From an uncultured Granulicella sp. (lineage in GTDB: Bacteria; Acidobacteriota; Terriglobia; Terriglobales; Acidobacteriaceae): DNA of 64,000 bases. Shown piece after piece: positions 19,090 through 27,634 of the stretch; the first letter of the stretch is position 1, and every line of letters begins with the position of its first letter. The stretch lies in NCBI GenBank assembly GCA_965214195.1, contig OZ243943.1, positions 1,271,776 through 1,335,775 on the forward strand, written 5' to 3'. The notes beneath the pieces were generated by a model. That model was not told the DNA's origin and did not search any database. It saw only the letters and a program-made list of their open reading frames with translations. Made by a program: the position numbers and the translations under genes.

Positions 19090-21506
19090 TGCATATCCCC
19101 TTTTTGCCCCAGATCTGACACCAACTGATGTGCCTGCAGCGCGTAGGACTTCTCAACTGCGGACATCGCGGGAACAGCCGCGTATTCCCTATCCGAGATC
19201 TCTGCATGGTGCAGCGCGTCCGCGTTGCGGCCCTGGCCTTGGAGCGCCTGGGCAAGCACAAGTTCAAGAAGAGCTACACGTGGACTGTTCGGATTTGCTT
19301 TACCAACTGTGGCCTGGATGGCTTGCGTGGCGTACGACTCTGCCTTATCGAATTGCGAGGTCTGAATGTAAGCCATCGCCAGGAAACGAAGCGGCTCGCA
19401 GAGGTTAGGACTTCCTGGAAAAGCCTTTCGCCAGTTCGGCAACGATGATTCAAGGATCGGAATGACTTCTTTGGCGTGTCCCAGTTTGATCATCGCTCGC
19501 GCCATGAAGACTTGAGTCAGCAGAGTATTGGAACTGGCATCACCAGAGCAGGTTTGGAAGTCGTAGTATGCACGCTTGTAGTTCGGCAGGCTGCCCGCAG
19601 TGTCCCCGCCCATCGTCTGAATGTTAGCCAAAATCACCCGTGCATCGGCCTGATCACACAGGGCGTAGGGCTCGCCTGAGTAAATATTGAGAGCCTCTGA
19701 TGCCAGCGCTTTGGCCTCGAGCAAATCGCCTTTGTAAGACAGGTACTCTGCCAAAAAGAAGACGGCTTTCGCTCGTTCCCGATCAGGCAGCTTTTGCCGT
19801 CTGCTATCGATCACTGCGGTGCGCAGCAGTGCTTCGTCTTCAGGGGTTCTGATTCCCCTGTTCATACGATTTTCAACAAAATACAAGACGATTTGATTGC
19901 GCACCGCCGGACTTACCCCCGAGTTCCGAGAAAGTGCAAGCGAGTCTGCGAGGAGTGAGGTTGAAGTTTCCGTTTCGCCGGCCCGGTACATAATGGTGCC
20001 ACTGTAGGCTTCAGCTTCCGCCAGCGTGGCCTTGTCTCCGCTTCGCTTTGCTTCTTCGATTACGCTTGCAAACACCTCGCCAGCATCGGCAAGATCGTCG
20101 TCGTCGAACATGGATTCCGCGAGGCTGAGTTGCGCCGCACGACGGTCGACGGGGTTATCTATCAGATTTGGAAGCAGGTGAACGCCCAGACGAAGAAACT
20201 CAGGAACGGTGGCCGCCGGCTTGCCCATGTAATTGGTGTTCGCCAGTTTGAACAGCTCTGACATAAAGCCTTGCATCTGCAACGCCCGCCGGCCTTCGCG
20301 AAAAGCCAGCTCCTGCTTCCACGCCGCATAACTGCCAATGACAAGGATGCAGCAAATCAACGCGCCGGCAGTAACGACCAGGATGCGATTTCTCCGAACA
20401 AATTTGCTGAGCCGATACGTTGTGGTCTGAGGCCGCGCCAGAATCGGCCGGCCCGCAAGGTACCGCTGGACATCCGCGATCAAGGCCTCCACGGTTGCAA
20501 AACGGTCCTTTGGTCGCGGGCTGATGCACTTGGCCACGATGGTTGCGAGGTCCCCGGTGAGCAAGCTACGCAGACGCGTTTCCGTAAGGCCACGATGTCC
20601 AGCCGAAGCCGCCGTCACACCAGCCGTCACAGATTCCGGTGGCAGCTCCATCATGGATCGCTCGATCATTGCCGCCACTGAACTGTTCTGGTTTGGTCTC
20701 CGGCCGGAGAGCAGCTCAAACAGAATCGCCCCTAAGGCGTAGACGTCGCACACCGTGGTCACCGGCTCATTGCGAAGCTGCTCTGGGCTCGCGTACGCGG
20801 GCGTGGCCATCACGGTTGTCGTGAAGAGGCTACCTGGCTGGATCAGCTTGGACGTTCCAAAGTCCAGCAGCTTCACGACCCCTCCAGCCTCTGTCACCAG
20901 AATGTTTGAGGGCTTCAAGTCAAGATGCACCACCAGACTGCGGTGTGCATACGCGACCGCTTCGCATACTCGCAAAAAGAGTTGCAACCGCTCAGGTATG
21001 CCCAGAGACCGATCGTCGCAATACGCATCCAGATGCACCCCGTCGACATACTCCATCGTCAGGTAGGGCTCGCCTTCGTCTGAGAAACCGGCATCCAGCA
21101 ACCGCGTGATGTTTGGGTGGTCCAGCGACGCAAGAATGTGTTGCTCGCGCGCAAAGCGGTCTGCAAAGAAGGGTCCCGCAGCATCGCGCGTCAGCACTTT
21201 GAGCGCGGCCTTTTGCACCAGGCCAGCCGTGGTTCGTTCCACCAGGTACACCGTGCCGATACCACCCGAGCCGAGGTGCCGCAGGATCGTATAGGGGCCT
21301 ATGCTCCTGCCACCCACAGGCCGTACGGCCGGCGCCTCAGGCTCACTCTTCTGCCTGGAAGCGCGCACGAGCGCAGCCACGCGCTGCCGCAATTCAGGGG
21401 TATCGCATGCCGCCAGCAAAATGTCGTCGAGCTCCGCATCTTGCGCCTGCTCGCCCAGGTGAAAGAGCGACTGCAGTTGCTCCCAATCCTCTGCATCCAG
21501 TGACAT
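19086..21506 (-). CDS. Membrane-anchored Hanks-type Ser/Thr protein kinase with C-terminal TPRs (HLD catalytic loop)
   Basis: LGSGGIGTVY, AALKVL, HLDLKPSNILV, KLLDFG, TPAYASPEQ and DVYALG; a TM helix after the kinase domain, then TPR-like helices. Confidence 0.92.
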   Translation of the reverse strand: MSLDAEDWEQLQSLFHLGEQAQDAELDDILLAACDTPELRQRVAALVRASRQKSEPEAPAVRPVGGRSIGPYTILRHLGSGGIGTVYLVERTTAGLVQKAALKVLTRDAAGPFFADRFAREQHILASLDHPNITRLLDAGFSDEGEPYLTMEYVDGVHLDAYCDDRSLGIPERLQLFLRVCEAVAYAHRSLVVHLDLKPSNILVTEAGGVVKLLDFGTSKLIQPGSLFTTTVMATPAYASPEQLRNEPVTTVCDVYALGAILFELLSGRRPNQNSSVAAMIERSMMELPPESVTAGVTAASAGHRGLTETRLRSLLTGDLATIVAKCISPRPKDRFATVEALIADVQRYLAGRPILARPQTTTYRLSKFVRRNRILVVTAGALICCILVIGSYAAWKQELAFREGRRALQMQGFMSELFKLANTNYMGKPAATVPEFLRLGVHLLPNLIDNPVDRRAAQLSLAESMFDDDDLADAGEVFASVIEEAKRSGDKATLAEAEAYSGTIMYRAGETETSTSLLADSLALSRNSGVSPAVRNQIVLYFVENRMNRGIRTPEDEALLRTAVIDSRRQKLPDRERAKAVFFLAEYLSYKGDLLEAKALASEALNIYSGEPYALCDQADARVILANIQTMGGDTAGSLPNYKRAYYDFQTCSGDASSNTLLTQVFMARAMIKLGHAKEVIPILESSLPNWRKAFPGSPNLCEPLRFLAMAYIQTSQFDKAESYATQAIQATVGKANPNSPRVALLELVLAQALQGQGRNADALHHAEISDREYAAVPAMSAVEKSYALQAHQLVSDLGQKGDMH

Positions 21507-21756
21507 GGCAGCTTCCTCTCACGGTACGCGCTCAATGCGTGCAATCTGTGTCATCGGACTACAGCATGCCAGACCAATTCGAGTGCGGTTTGCAAACAAC
21601 CTTGAATCTGCGGAGCTCGCGTTTTACGGTCGCCTTCAATATGCCAGGCAAAGCTCCAGGTCTGCACCCTAATGTAAACCCACCTTTCAAACAGGATGAG
21701 GTATATGACATCCGATCCTTCGTCCGAGGGATCAGAAGCAGGCTGAGGCTGAGCCA

Positions 21757-21841
21757 AGATGCATGCTCAGGGCAGATGCATGCTCAGGGCAGATGCATGC
21801 TCAGGGCAGATGCATGCTCAGGGCAGATGCATGCTCAGGGC
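21757..21841. repeat. Perfect tandem repeat, 5 x 17 bp (AGATGCATGCTCAGGGC)
   Basis: Five contiguous identical units with no spacers, in the divergent intergenic region 82 nt upstream of the radical SAM ATG. Confidence 0.97.
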
Positions 21842-21923
21842 TGCGCTTGGCGGGTCGCGCGCAGCAGGCCGTGTAGCATAAGGGCAGTCACCAAGGCAGC
21901 TGACTTATGCGCAGGGCGGGGCT

Positions 21924-22763
21924 ATGAAGTACGAGATTGTTGGCGGCAAGGTACAAACGCGGGCGCTCGAATATCACATTGCCGACCACTGCAACCTGCG
22001 CTGCGATCATTGCTGCTCTTACTCTCCAATCCTGAAAAAGTGGCTTGCTGATCCTGTGGAATTCGAGAGCGATCTGCGCGCGGTGGGCGAGGTGATCGAG
22101 CCGCGATTCCTGAAGATTGTCGGGGGCGAGCCTTTGCTGCATCCGGAGCTTGAACGTCTACTCTGCGTAGCGAAAACACTTCCCATTGGCCGCCGGCTTC
22201 AACTTACGACGAACGCCCATCTTATCGACCGGCTCACGCCGCGCGGCTGGGAAAGCATCGATATGCTGACGGTATCGCTGTACCCGGAGCCAGCCCTGCC
22301 CAAGGAGCGAATCCGCTTCATCGCGCGGGAAGCGAGGCAAAGGAATGTTGAGGTGAATTGGAAGGTGCAGGATAAGTTTACCTGTCTAGATCGTGACCAG
22401 GTGGCGAGTTCTGAGGAGGCGGAGGAGACCTTCCGCAACTGCTGGATCAGGCATCGTTGCCACAGCATCAAGCAGGGCCGCTTTTATAGCTGCACACGGC
22501 CGCAATATGTGCAGAAATTTGCGGGCGAGCCAGCCAGATATCTTGCTGATGGCATTGCGCTGGGAGGGCCGGACGCTGCGGTACTCGCAGGAAGGATCAA
22601 GCAGCACCTTGAGCGAAGCGAGCCGCTGCAAACGTGTTTCCTTTGTCAGGGTGGCGATGCGCCGCTCGATACGCATCGCCAGCTTACGCCTTTAGCGGTG
22701 CAGGCAAAGCGCGCCCACTTGGTGAGTTTGTCGCAGATGGTGCCGGCGGCGGGGGAAAGATGA
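21924..22763 (+). CDS. Radical SAM protein with Cys-rich C-terminal (twitch/SPASM-like) extension
   Basis: HCNLRCDHC (CxxxCxxC), GGEPLLHP and LTTNA; additional CWIRHRC, FYSCTR and CFLC. Confidence 0.9.
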   Translation: MKYEIVGGKVQTRALEYHIADHCNLRCDHCCSYSPILKKWLADPVEFESDLRAVGEVIEPRFLKIVGGEPLLHPELERLLCVAKTLPIGRRLQLTTNAHLIDRLTPRGWESIDMLTVSLYPEPALPKERIRFIAREARQRNVEVNWKVQDKFTCLDRDQVASSEEAEETFRNCWIRHRCHSIKQGRFYSCTRPQYVQKFAGEPARYLADGIALGGPDAAVLAGRIKQHLERSEPLQTCFLCQGGDAPLDTHRQLTPLAVQAKRAHLVSLSQMVPAAGER

Positions 22764-23722
22764 CGGAGTGGCAGCCATTGTTTCTGCACCCACGTACGGG
22801 AAGGAGCACTGCCCACCTGCGCGAGATCTATGGCTGGTGCTCGCCGAAAGAGCGGCAATTGTCCTTTGACTTTTACAACCTTTATCCGGCAGGCAACGGG
22901 ATCGGCTCGCTCACGCCGTTTGTGGGAATTCTGCAGGGCCAGGGGCCTTTAGCCGATGGCTGCCATCTGGTGAGTAGCAGTGAAAGCGGCAAGGCAAGTC
23001 TTCAGGAGCGTCTGAGCCATGCGCTTGTAGAAGCCCTGCTTGACAGCAAGGAGGTTGCGATCGCGGTCAGCGGGGGCGTGGACTGCTGGTTGCTGGCTGC
23101 GCTTTGCCAAAAGCTTGGCTACAGCGTTTGCGGCTGGTACCTGGAAAGTGGACTGCCGGGATACTGCGAGCGTGAGCAAATGCTGCGCTTGTCGGATGCG
23201 CTTGGAATCGAGTGCCGGTGCCTACGAGTGGCTGCGAGCGACTTCGTCGATTGCCTTGCCGAGTTCACTGCAGTGACGCAGATGCCTGTCTACAATCTGC
23301 ATCCTGTGTCCAAGTGGCTGCTTGCTAGGGGGCTTCGCGAGCAAGGCATCACGACCGTGGTGACGGGCGATGCGGCCGACCAGGTGATGCGTTGGGATTG
23401 GGATTGCGACCTGCTGCCAATCACGATCAGCTGTTTCAAAGGCGCCGGGATCCAAATGGTTGCGCCATTCATGGCGGACGACGTCATTGCTTTCTGCAGG
23501 CAGCCTTTCGCGGATAAAGAGCCAATTCGAAAGCTGGCCCGTGACCTTGGCGTGCCTTCGATCGCCAAGCAAGCATCCTCGTTTCCACCGTTGGCTCTGC
23601 CTGCATGGCCGCGGGCTTCGCTACCAACTTCAGGAGCCGCGCCGGACCAGCTTGCCTGTCTTGCCTATACGACAGGCGTGCTGCAGCAGTGGCTCGAAGG
23701 CGGTTTGCCATGTGCGGGATAG
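22760..23722 (+). CDS. Stand-alone asparagine-synthetase C-terminal (adenylating) domain protein
   Basis: AVSGGVD PP-loop, VVTGDAADQV, APFM and DKEPIRKLA; no N-terminal Cys/Ntn glutaminase domain. ATGA overlap with the radical SAM gene. Confidence 0.75.
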   Translation: MTEWQPLFLHPRTGRSTAHLREIYGWCSPKERQLSFDFYNLYPAGNGIGSLTPFVGILQGQGPLADGCHLVSSSESGKASLQERLSHALVEALLDSKEVAIAVSGGVDCWLLAALCQKLGYSVCGWYLESGLPGYCEREQMLRLSDALGIECRCLRVAASDFVDCLAEFTAVTQMPVYNLHPVSKWLLARGLREQGITTVVTGDAADQVMRWDWDCDLLPITISCFKGAGIQMVAPFMADDVIAFCRQPFADKEPIRKLARDLGVPSIAKQASSFPPLALPAWPRASLPTSGAAPDQLACLAYTTGVLQQWLEGGLPCAG

Positions 23723-25488
23723 GCGGCATTGTTCGCACCGCCGGGGTGCAGCCGCGGGATCGCGGGTGCGTTACGCGCTTGGAGAAGCTGTTGCTGCATC
23801 GCGGCCCGAATGGCTCCGGCAACTTCAGTGATCATTTCTGCGCGCTTACGCAGACTCGGCTCGCGCTGGTTGGCCCGGCGCTCATGCCACTGCCGGTCCG
23901 GTCTTCCGATGGCCGCTACGTGCTGGTCTACAACGGCGAGGTCTACAACTTCAAAGAACTCCGTCAGGAGCTAGCGGCCACGGCACAGTTTGCCTTGGAG
24001 ACCGACACGGAAGTCGTGCTGGCGGCGTACCTGCGGTGGGGGGAGGAATCGCCGAAGCACTTCAACGGCATGTTCGCCTTCTTTGTCTGGGACACCCAGG
24101 AACGGCGGGGGTTTGCCGCGTGCGACCCACTGGGCATCAAGCCTTTCTTCTATGCAAGCGAGCCTGGCTATTTCGTGTTCGCGTCAGAAGCAGGCGCGCT
24201 TATAGAAAGCGGCGCGTGGCGCTTCTCTCCGAACGCGGAGGCGATTGCCGAATGCCTGCTGGCACCTTACTTCAGCTCCGTGACGGCGCTGCCGTTTGCA
24301 GGCGTGGAGCGGCTCAAGCCCGGCCACATTCTGCGCTTGGACGATGGTCGCACCACGGTCCAGCCCTACTTCAGCTTTGTGCATGGGCGCAGCGAAGTAG
24401 CGGATGCGGAAGGGTTAGCCGGACAGATTGCGGAAGCTGTAGAGCAAGCCACGCTGACCAGTCTGCGGGCCGACGTGATGGTAGGCATCTTCCTGAGTGG
24501 CGGTGTGGATTCCAGCTTGCTCGCAGCGGTTGCGCAGCGGCACACTGCGACGCCTCTTACTGCGTGGACCATTTCGTACGAAGGAGAGCAAACAGTTGAC
24601 TATTCCCGGTCGCTGATTGTGCGCAGTGCCGACAAGAATTTTGCAGCCAAGGTGGCCAGGGACCACGGTTGCGTCCACTCGCTGGTGGCGGTCGACGAAG
24701 CGTGCTACGAGGCGGCATTGCTGAGAACATTGCGCGCAAACGACCTGATCTGCGCGTGGGAGCAGGAAGTTTCACAACAGTTGCTAGCCGAAGCAGCGGC
24801 AAAGCAGGTGAAGGCGGTACTGGTGGGTGATGCAGCGGACGAGACCCACTTTGGCTATTCTTTTCTGCTGGACGCTAGTCGCATCGATTCGCCACGGCAT
24901 GTCATCGGGTTCTTCGGGACCGCGCCGCTGCGACGCTCGTTTCTCGCTGATGCGCCCAGCTACTTCACCGATAAGTACCAGCGCTTTGCGGAGGAACGGG
25001 GCTATAGCTGGTCGAACGAGAGAGAGCAACGTTTGGCGATGTCATGCCTGATTTACCACTTGTGGCTGACGCGCCTGATGCATAACGGTGACGTTCATCT
25101 TATGTCGCACTCGCTGGAGGGAAGAGTGCCGTTTGGTGATATTGGCTTGCTGCGCCTGGCGCAACAGGTGCCGCAGGAACTGGGATACCGCAACGGTATT
25201 GAAAAGTGGCATCTGCGGCACGCGGCCGAGCGCTTTATCGAGCCGGCAATCGCATGGCGGCCAAAGTCCGCGCTGACGAAAAATCTACGCGCCAACGCAA
25301 TCATCCATCGCCACTTCGTCCGCACCTGGCGAACATCAGGCGCGCATCTTGAGCCTTACGTGGACAGCGATGCCGTTGATCGGATTGCTAACGCGGAAGC
25401 CCCACAGACCGAACGGGAGATCGGCATCTGCTTCCGCATGCTAGCGGTAATGAGCTGGTTTGACCGATTCAGCAAGGCCATGCCATGA
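23710..25488 (+). CDS. AsnB-family glutamine-hydrolysing amidotransferase
   Basis: MCGIGG (Cys nucleophile), HRGPN, YNGEVYNF, TDTEV, DPLGIKPFFY, FLSGGVDSS, VLVGDAADE and SLEGRVPF. Confidence 0.9.
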   Translation: MCGIGGIVRTAGVQPRDRGCVTRLEKLLLHRGPNGSGNFSDHFCALTQTRLALVGPALMPLPVRSSDGRYVLVYNGEVYNFKELRQELAATAQFALETDTEVVLAAYLRWGEESPKHFNGMFAFFVWDTQERRGFAACDPLGIKPFFYASEPGYFVFASEAGALIESGAWRFSPNAEAIAECLLAPYFSSVTALPFAGVERLKPGHILRLDDGRTTVQPYFSFVHGRSEVADAEGLAGQIAEAVEQATLTSLRADVMVGIFLSGGVDSSLLAAVAQRHTATPLTAWTISYEGEQTVDYSRSLIVRSADKNFAAKVARDHGCVHSLVAVDEACYEAALLRTLRANDLICAWEQEVSQQLLAEAAAKQVKAVLVGDAADETHFGYSFLLDASRIDSPRHVIGFFGTAPLRRSFLADAPSYFTDKYQRFAEERGYSWSNEREQRLAMSCLIYHLWLTRLMHNGDVHLMSHSLEGRVPFGDIGLLRLAQQVPQELGYRNGIEKWHLRHAAERFIEPAIAWRPKSALTKNLRANAIIHRHFVRTWRTSGAHLEPYVDSDAVDRIANAEAPQTEREIGICFRMLAVMSWFDRFSKAMP

Positions 25489-26666
25489 AGGCCGCGTTCG
25501 CAATTGTGCCGGAAATGGGCCACATCAATCCGTACATCGGGCCGGCGCAGGCGCTGGAGTATGCCGGCCATGAGGTCGTCATCGCGGCGCCCGGCGACAT
25601 TGCCGCTCAGATTGGAAGAGCCGGGTTAGCTTTCCGTCACGATCTGATCCGGCGTGGCGCCAGTGTGCGGGTCACGCGCGGCGCAGAACTGGTCGAATTG
25701 ATCGAGGATAATGAACGGCTGCACCAGTGGGTTGAGCATTTGCTGCTGAGCGATCTGCAGGAGGAAGTGGAATCCGTCCGGAAGTGGCTCCGCCGCGAGC
25801 GTGCCGATGTGGTCGTGGTGGACCCGCTGTACTATGCCGCGGCGATTGCGGCGGAGGTCGAGGGTCTCCCCTGGGCGTCGCTGTCCAACTCGTTAAATCC
25901 TGTGCTTCCACCGGAACTTGGTAGCGCCTTGTTGCGCTCTGTGAAACGTCTGAGTGCGGCCCGTGCCAAGCTTTTCCGCAGCTTTGCGGTAGAAGCCTCT
26001 TTCGCCGGTTGCGACGTGTTGTCTCCTTACCTGACCGTCGCCTTCACGACTGAAGCCCTGGTGGGCAAGCCGCCGGCTGGCGTAACGCTGGTGGGCCCAT
26101 CGCGACCTCTGCACAACCGCGGCGATGAGACGGCGCTACGTCAGCTGCCAAACGACCGGCCAATCATCTATGTTTCATTCGGCAGTCAAATCTACTTCTG
26201 GCCTGAACTTTTCGAGACTCTTTATGCTGCGGGGACATCGCTGCACGCTCATCTGGTTCTAAGCATCGGCGATCTTGTAGACGATCCCCGATGGTCTGCG
26301 CCCCGGAAGCACTGTGACGTGTACCGCTATGCTCCGCAGCCGCAGATACTGCCCCATGCTGCCATTTTTGTGACGCATGGCGGAGCCAATTCTGTGAATG
26401 AGGCAATCACAGCGGGGGTGCCGATGCTCCTTTCGCCCATGTGCAACGACCAGTTTCATCAGGCTTTCTTTGTTGAAAGGGCCGGGATCGGATACGTGGA
26501 GAACCTGCTGCGGATGCCGGTGGAGCGAGTCGTCGAAAAGCTGCAGGCCCTGCTGCACGACTCTGATGTGCGCTCAAGGATGGCGGCGGTCTCGAAGTCC
26601 TACCAGACGAATGGGGCCTCAGTGGCGGCGGCCATGATCGCCGGGCTTGCGGAGCGGCGCGTATGA
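25485..26666 (+). CDS. Glycosyltransferase family 1 (MGT/UDP-glycosyltransferase type)
   Basis: GHINP, IYVSFGS and PQPQIL..AAIFVTHGGANSVNEAITAGVPMLLSPMCNDQ (PSPG-like box). Confidence 0.9.
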   Translation: MKAAFAIVPEMGHINPYIGPAQALEYAGHEVVIAAPGDIAAQIGRAGLAFRHDLIRRGASVRVTRGAELVELIEDNERLHQWVEHLLLSDLQEEVESVRKWLRRERADVVVVDPLYYAAAIAAEVEGLPWASLSNSLNPVLPPELGSALLRSVKRLSAARAKLFRSFAVEASFAGCDVLSPYLTVAFTTEALVGKPPAGVTLVGPSRPLHNRGDETALRQLPNDRPIIYVSFGSQIYFWPELFETLYAAGTSLHAHLVLSIGDLVDDPRWSAPRKHCDVYRYAPQPQILPHAAIFVTHGGANSVNEAITAGVPMLLSPMCNDQFHQAFFVERAGIGYVENLLRMPVERVVEKLQALLHDSDVRSRMAAVSKSYQTNGASVAAAMIAGLAERRV

Positions 26667-27634
26667 CCAGACCTCGATTGATCATTCCGATCGGCATCAC
26701 GGCGCGCGACGAAGCTGCAAATATCCTCGGTCTGCTATGTTCGATGCGCGTGGCAATTTCTCGCGCGTCGCAGGAACTTGCGTGCACCTTCCACATCCAT
26801 GTTCTTCTCAATGACAATCGCGACAACACTGCGCAGCTTCTGGCAGCCTTCCATGACATCACCGTCTGGCATACGTCTGGCGGCATTGTCGAGGCACAAC
26901 GCACCCTGGCACAATTTTGCGGCCGCTGGGCCCCTTTTCTGGTGTTTTCTGACGCCGATATTTTGGTAGACCCAGAGGCGTTGCTTGAAGTCTCGCGCGC
27001 AATGCTGACTTGCCCCGAGTTAGAAATAGCCTACGCCGAAAAACGTCCTCTCCCGCCGGTCCACCAGACGACGTTAGCGACTGCGCTTTACCTTTACAAC
27101 CTGCGCGAGGGATACCAGACGACTCGCCACTACTGCAACGGACAATTTTTCGCCATTCGCCGGTGGGACATCCCAACCGCTGCAGCACTTAACTGGGACA
27201 GGACCCGGGACACGCCTTTTTTGAACCTGGCGGCGGGCATCCGCGTCGACGATATCTACCTCTCGCGTGACGTCCTGAGCCGCGCGGGACCCGGTGCGAT
27301 CCAATGCGTGCCTGCGGATATCTTTTACCGCCCGCCGGCTACGCTTCGCGGCATGTTCCGCAAATATCAACGCATGCGCCTGGAGCTTGAACGACTCGAC
27401 CACTATTTTCCTGCCATGCGTAGTGCACACATGCGGTGGGGTAGGCGCGGACATGACAAGAGCAAAGTCAGCAATGCATCAATTGTTGAACAGATGCACT
27501 TCCGCGTGTTCCAGGCAGCACTTATCCTCTGTAAGGTCGCCTATCACGTTCAGCGATGGTACTTCACGCACCTCTCCCCAGTACCCTGTCCGACTTGGTT
27601 TCCGATAACCGAAACAAAGGAGCAAATCCCTTGA
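26663..27634 (+). CDS. Glycosyltransferase family 2-like (GT-A fold)
   Basis: ITARDEAANI, LNDNRDNT, FSDAD (DxD), NGQFFAIRR, VDD and RKYQRM. Confidence 0.7.
   Translation: MTRPRLIIPIGITARDEAANILGLLCSMRVAISRASQELACTFHIHVLLNDNRDNTAQLLAAFHDITVWHTSGGIVEAQRTLAQFCGRWAPFLVFSDADILVDPEALLEVSRAMLTCPELEIAYAEKRPLPPVHQTTLATALYLYNLREGYQTTRHYCNGQFFAIRRWDIPTAAALNWDRTRDTPFLNLAAGIRVDDIYLSRDVLSRAGPGAIQCVPADIFYRPPATLRGMFRKYQRMRLELERLDHYFPAMRSAHMRWGRRGHDKSKVSNASIVEQMHFRVFQAALILCKVAYHVQRWYFTHLSPVPCPTWFPITETKEQIP

Noticed and set aside
21551-21757. Remnant ECF sigma gene upstream of the orphan kinase
   Set aside because: The 68-aa ORF shows no sigma region 2 or 4 motifs.
21757-21841. Possible CRISPR array
   Set aside because: The units are directly contiguous with no spacers, are only 17 bp, and no cas genes are present.
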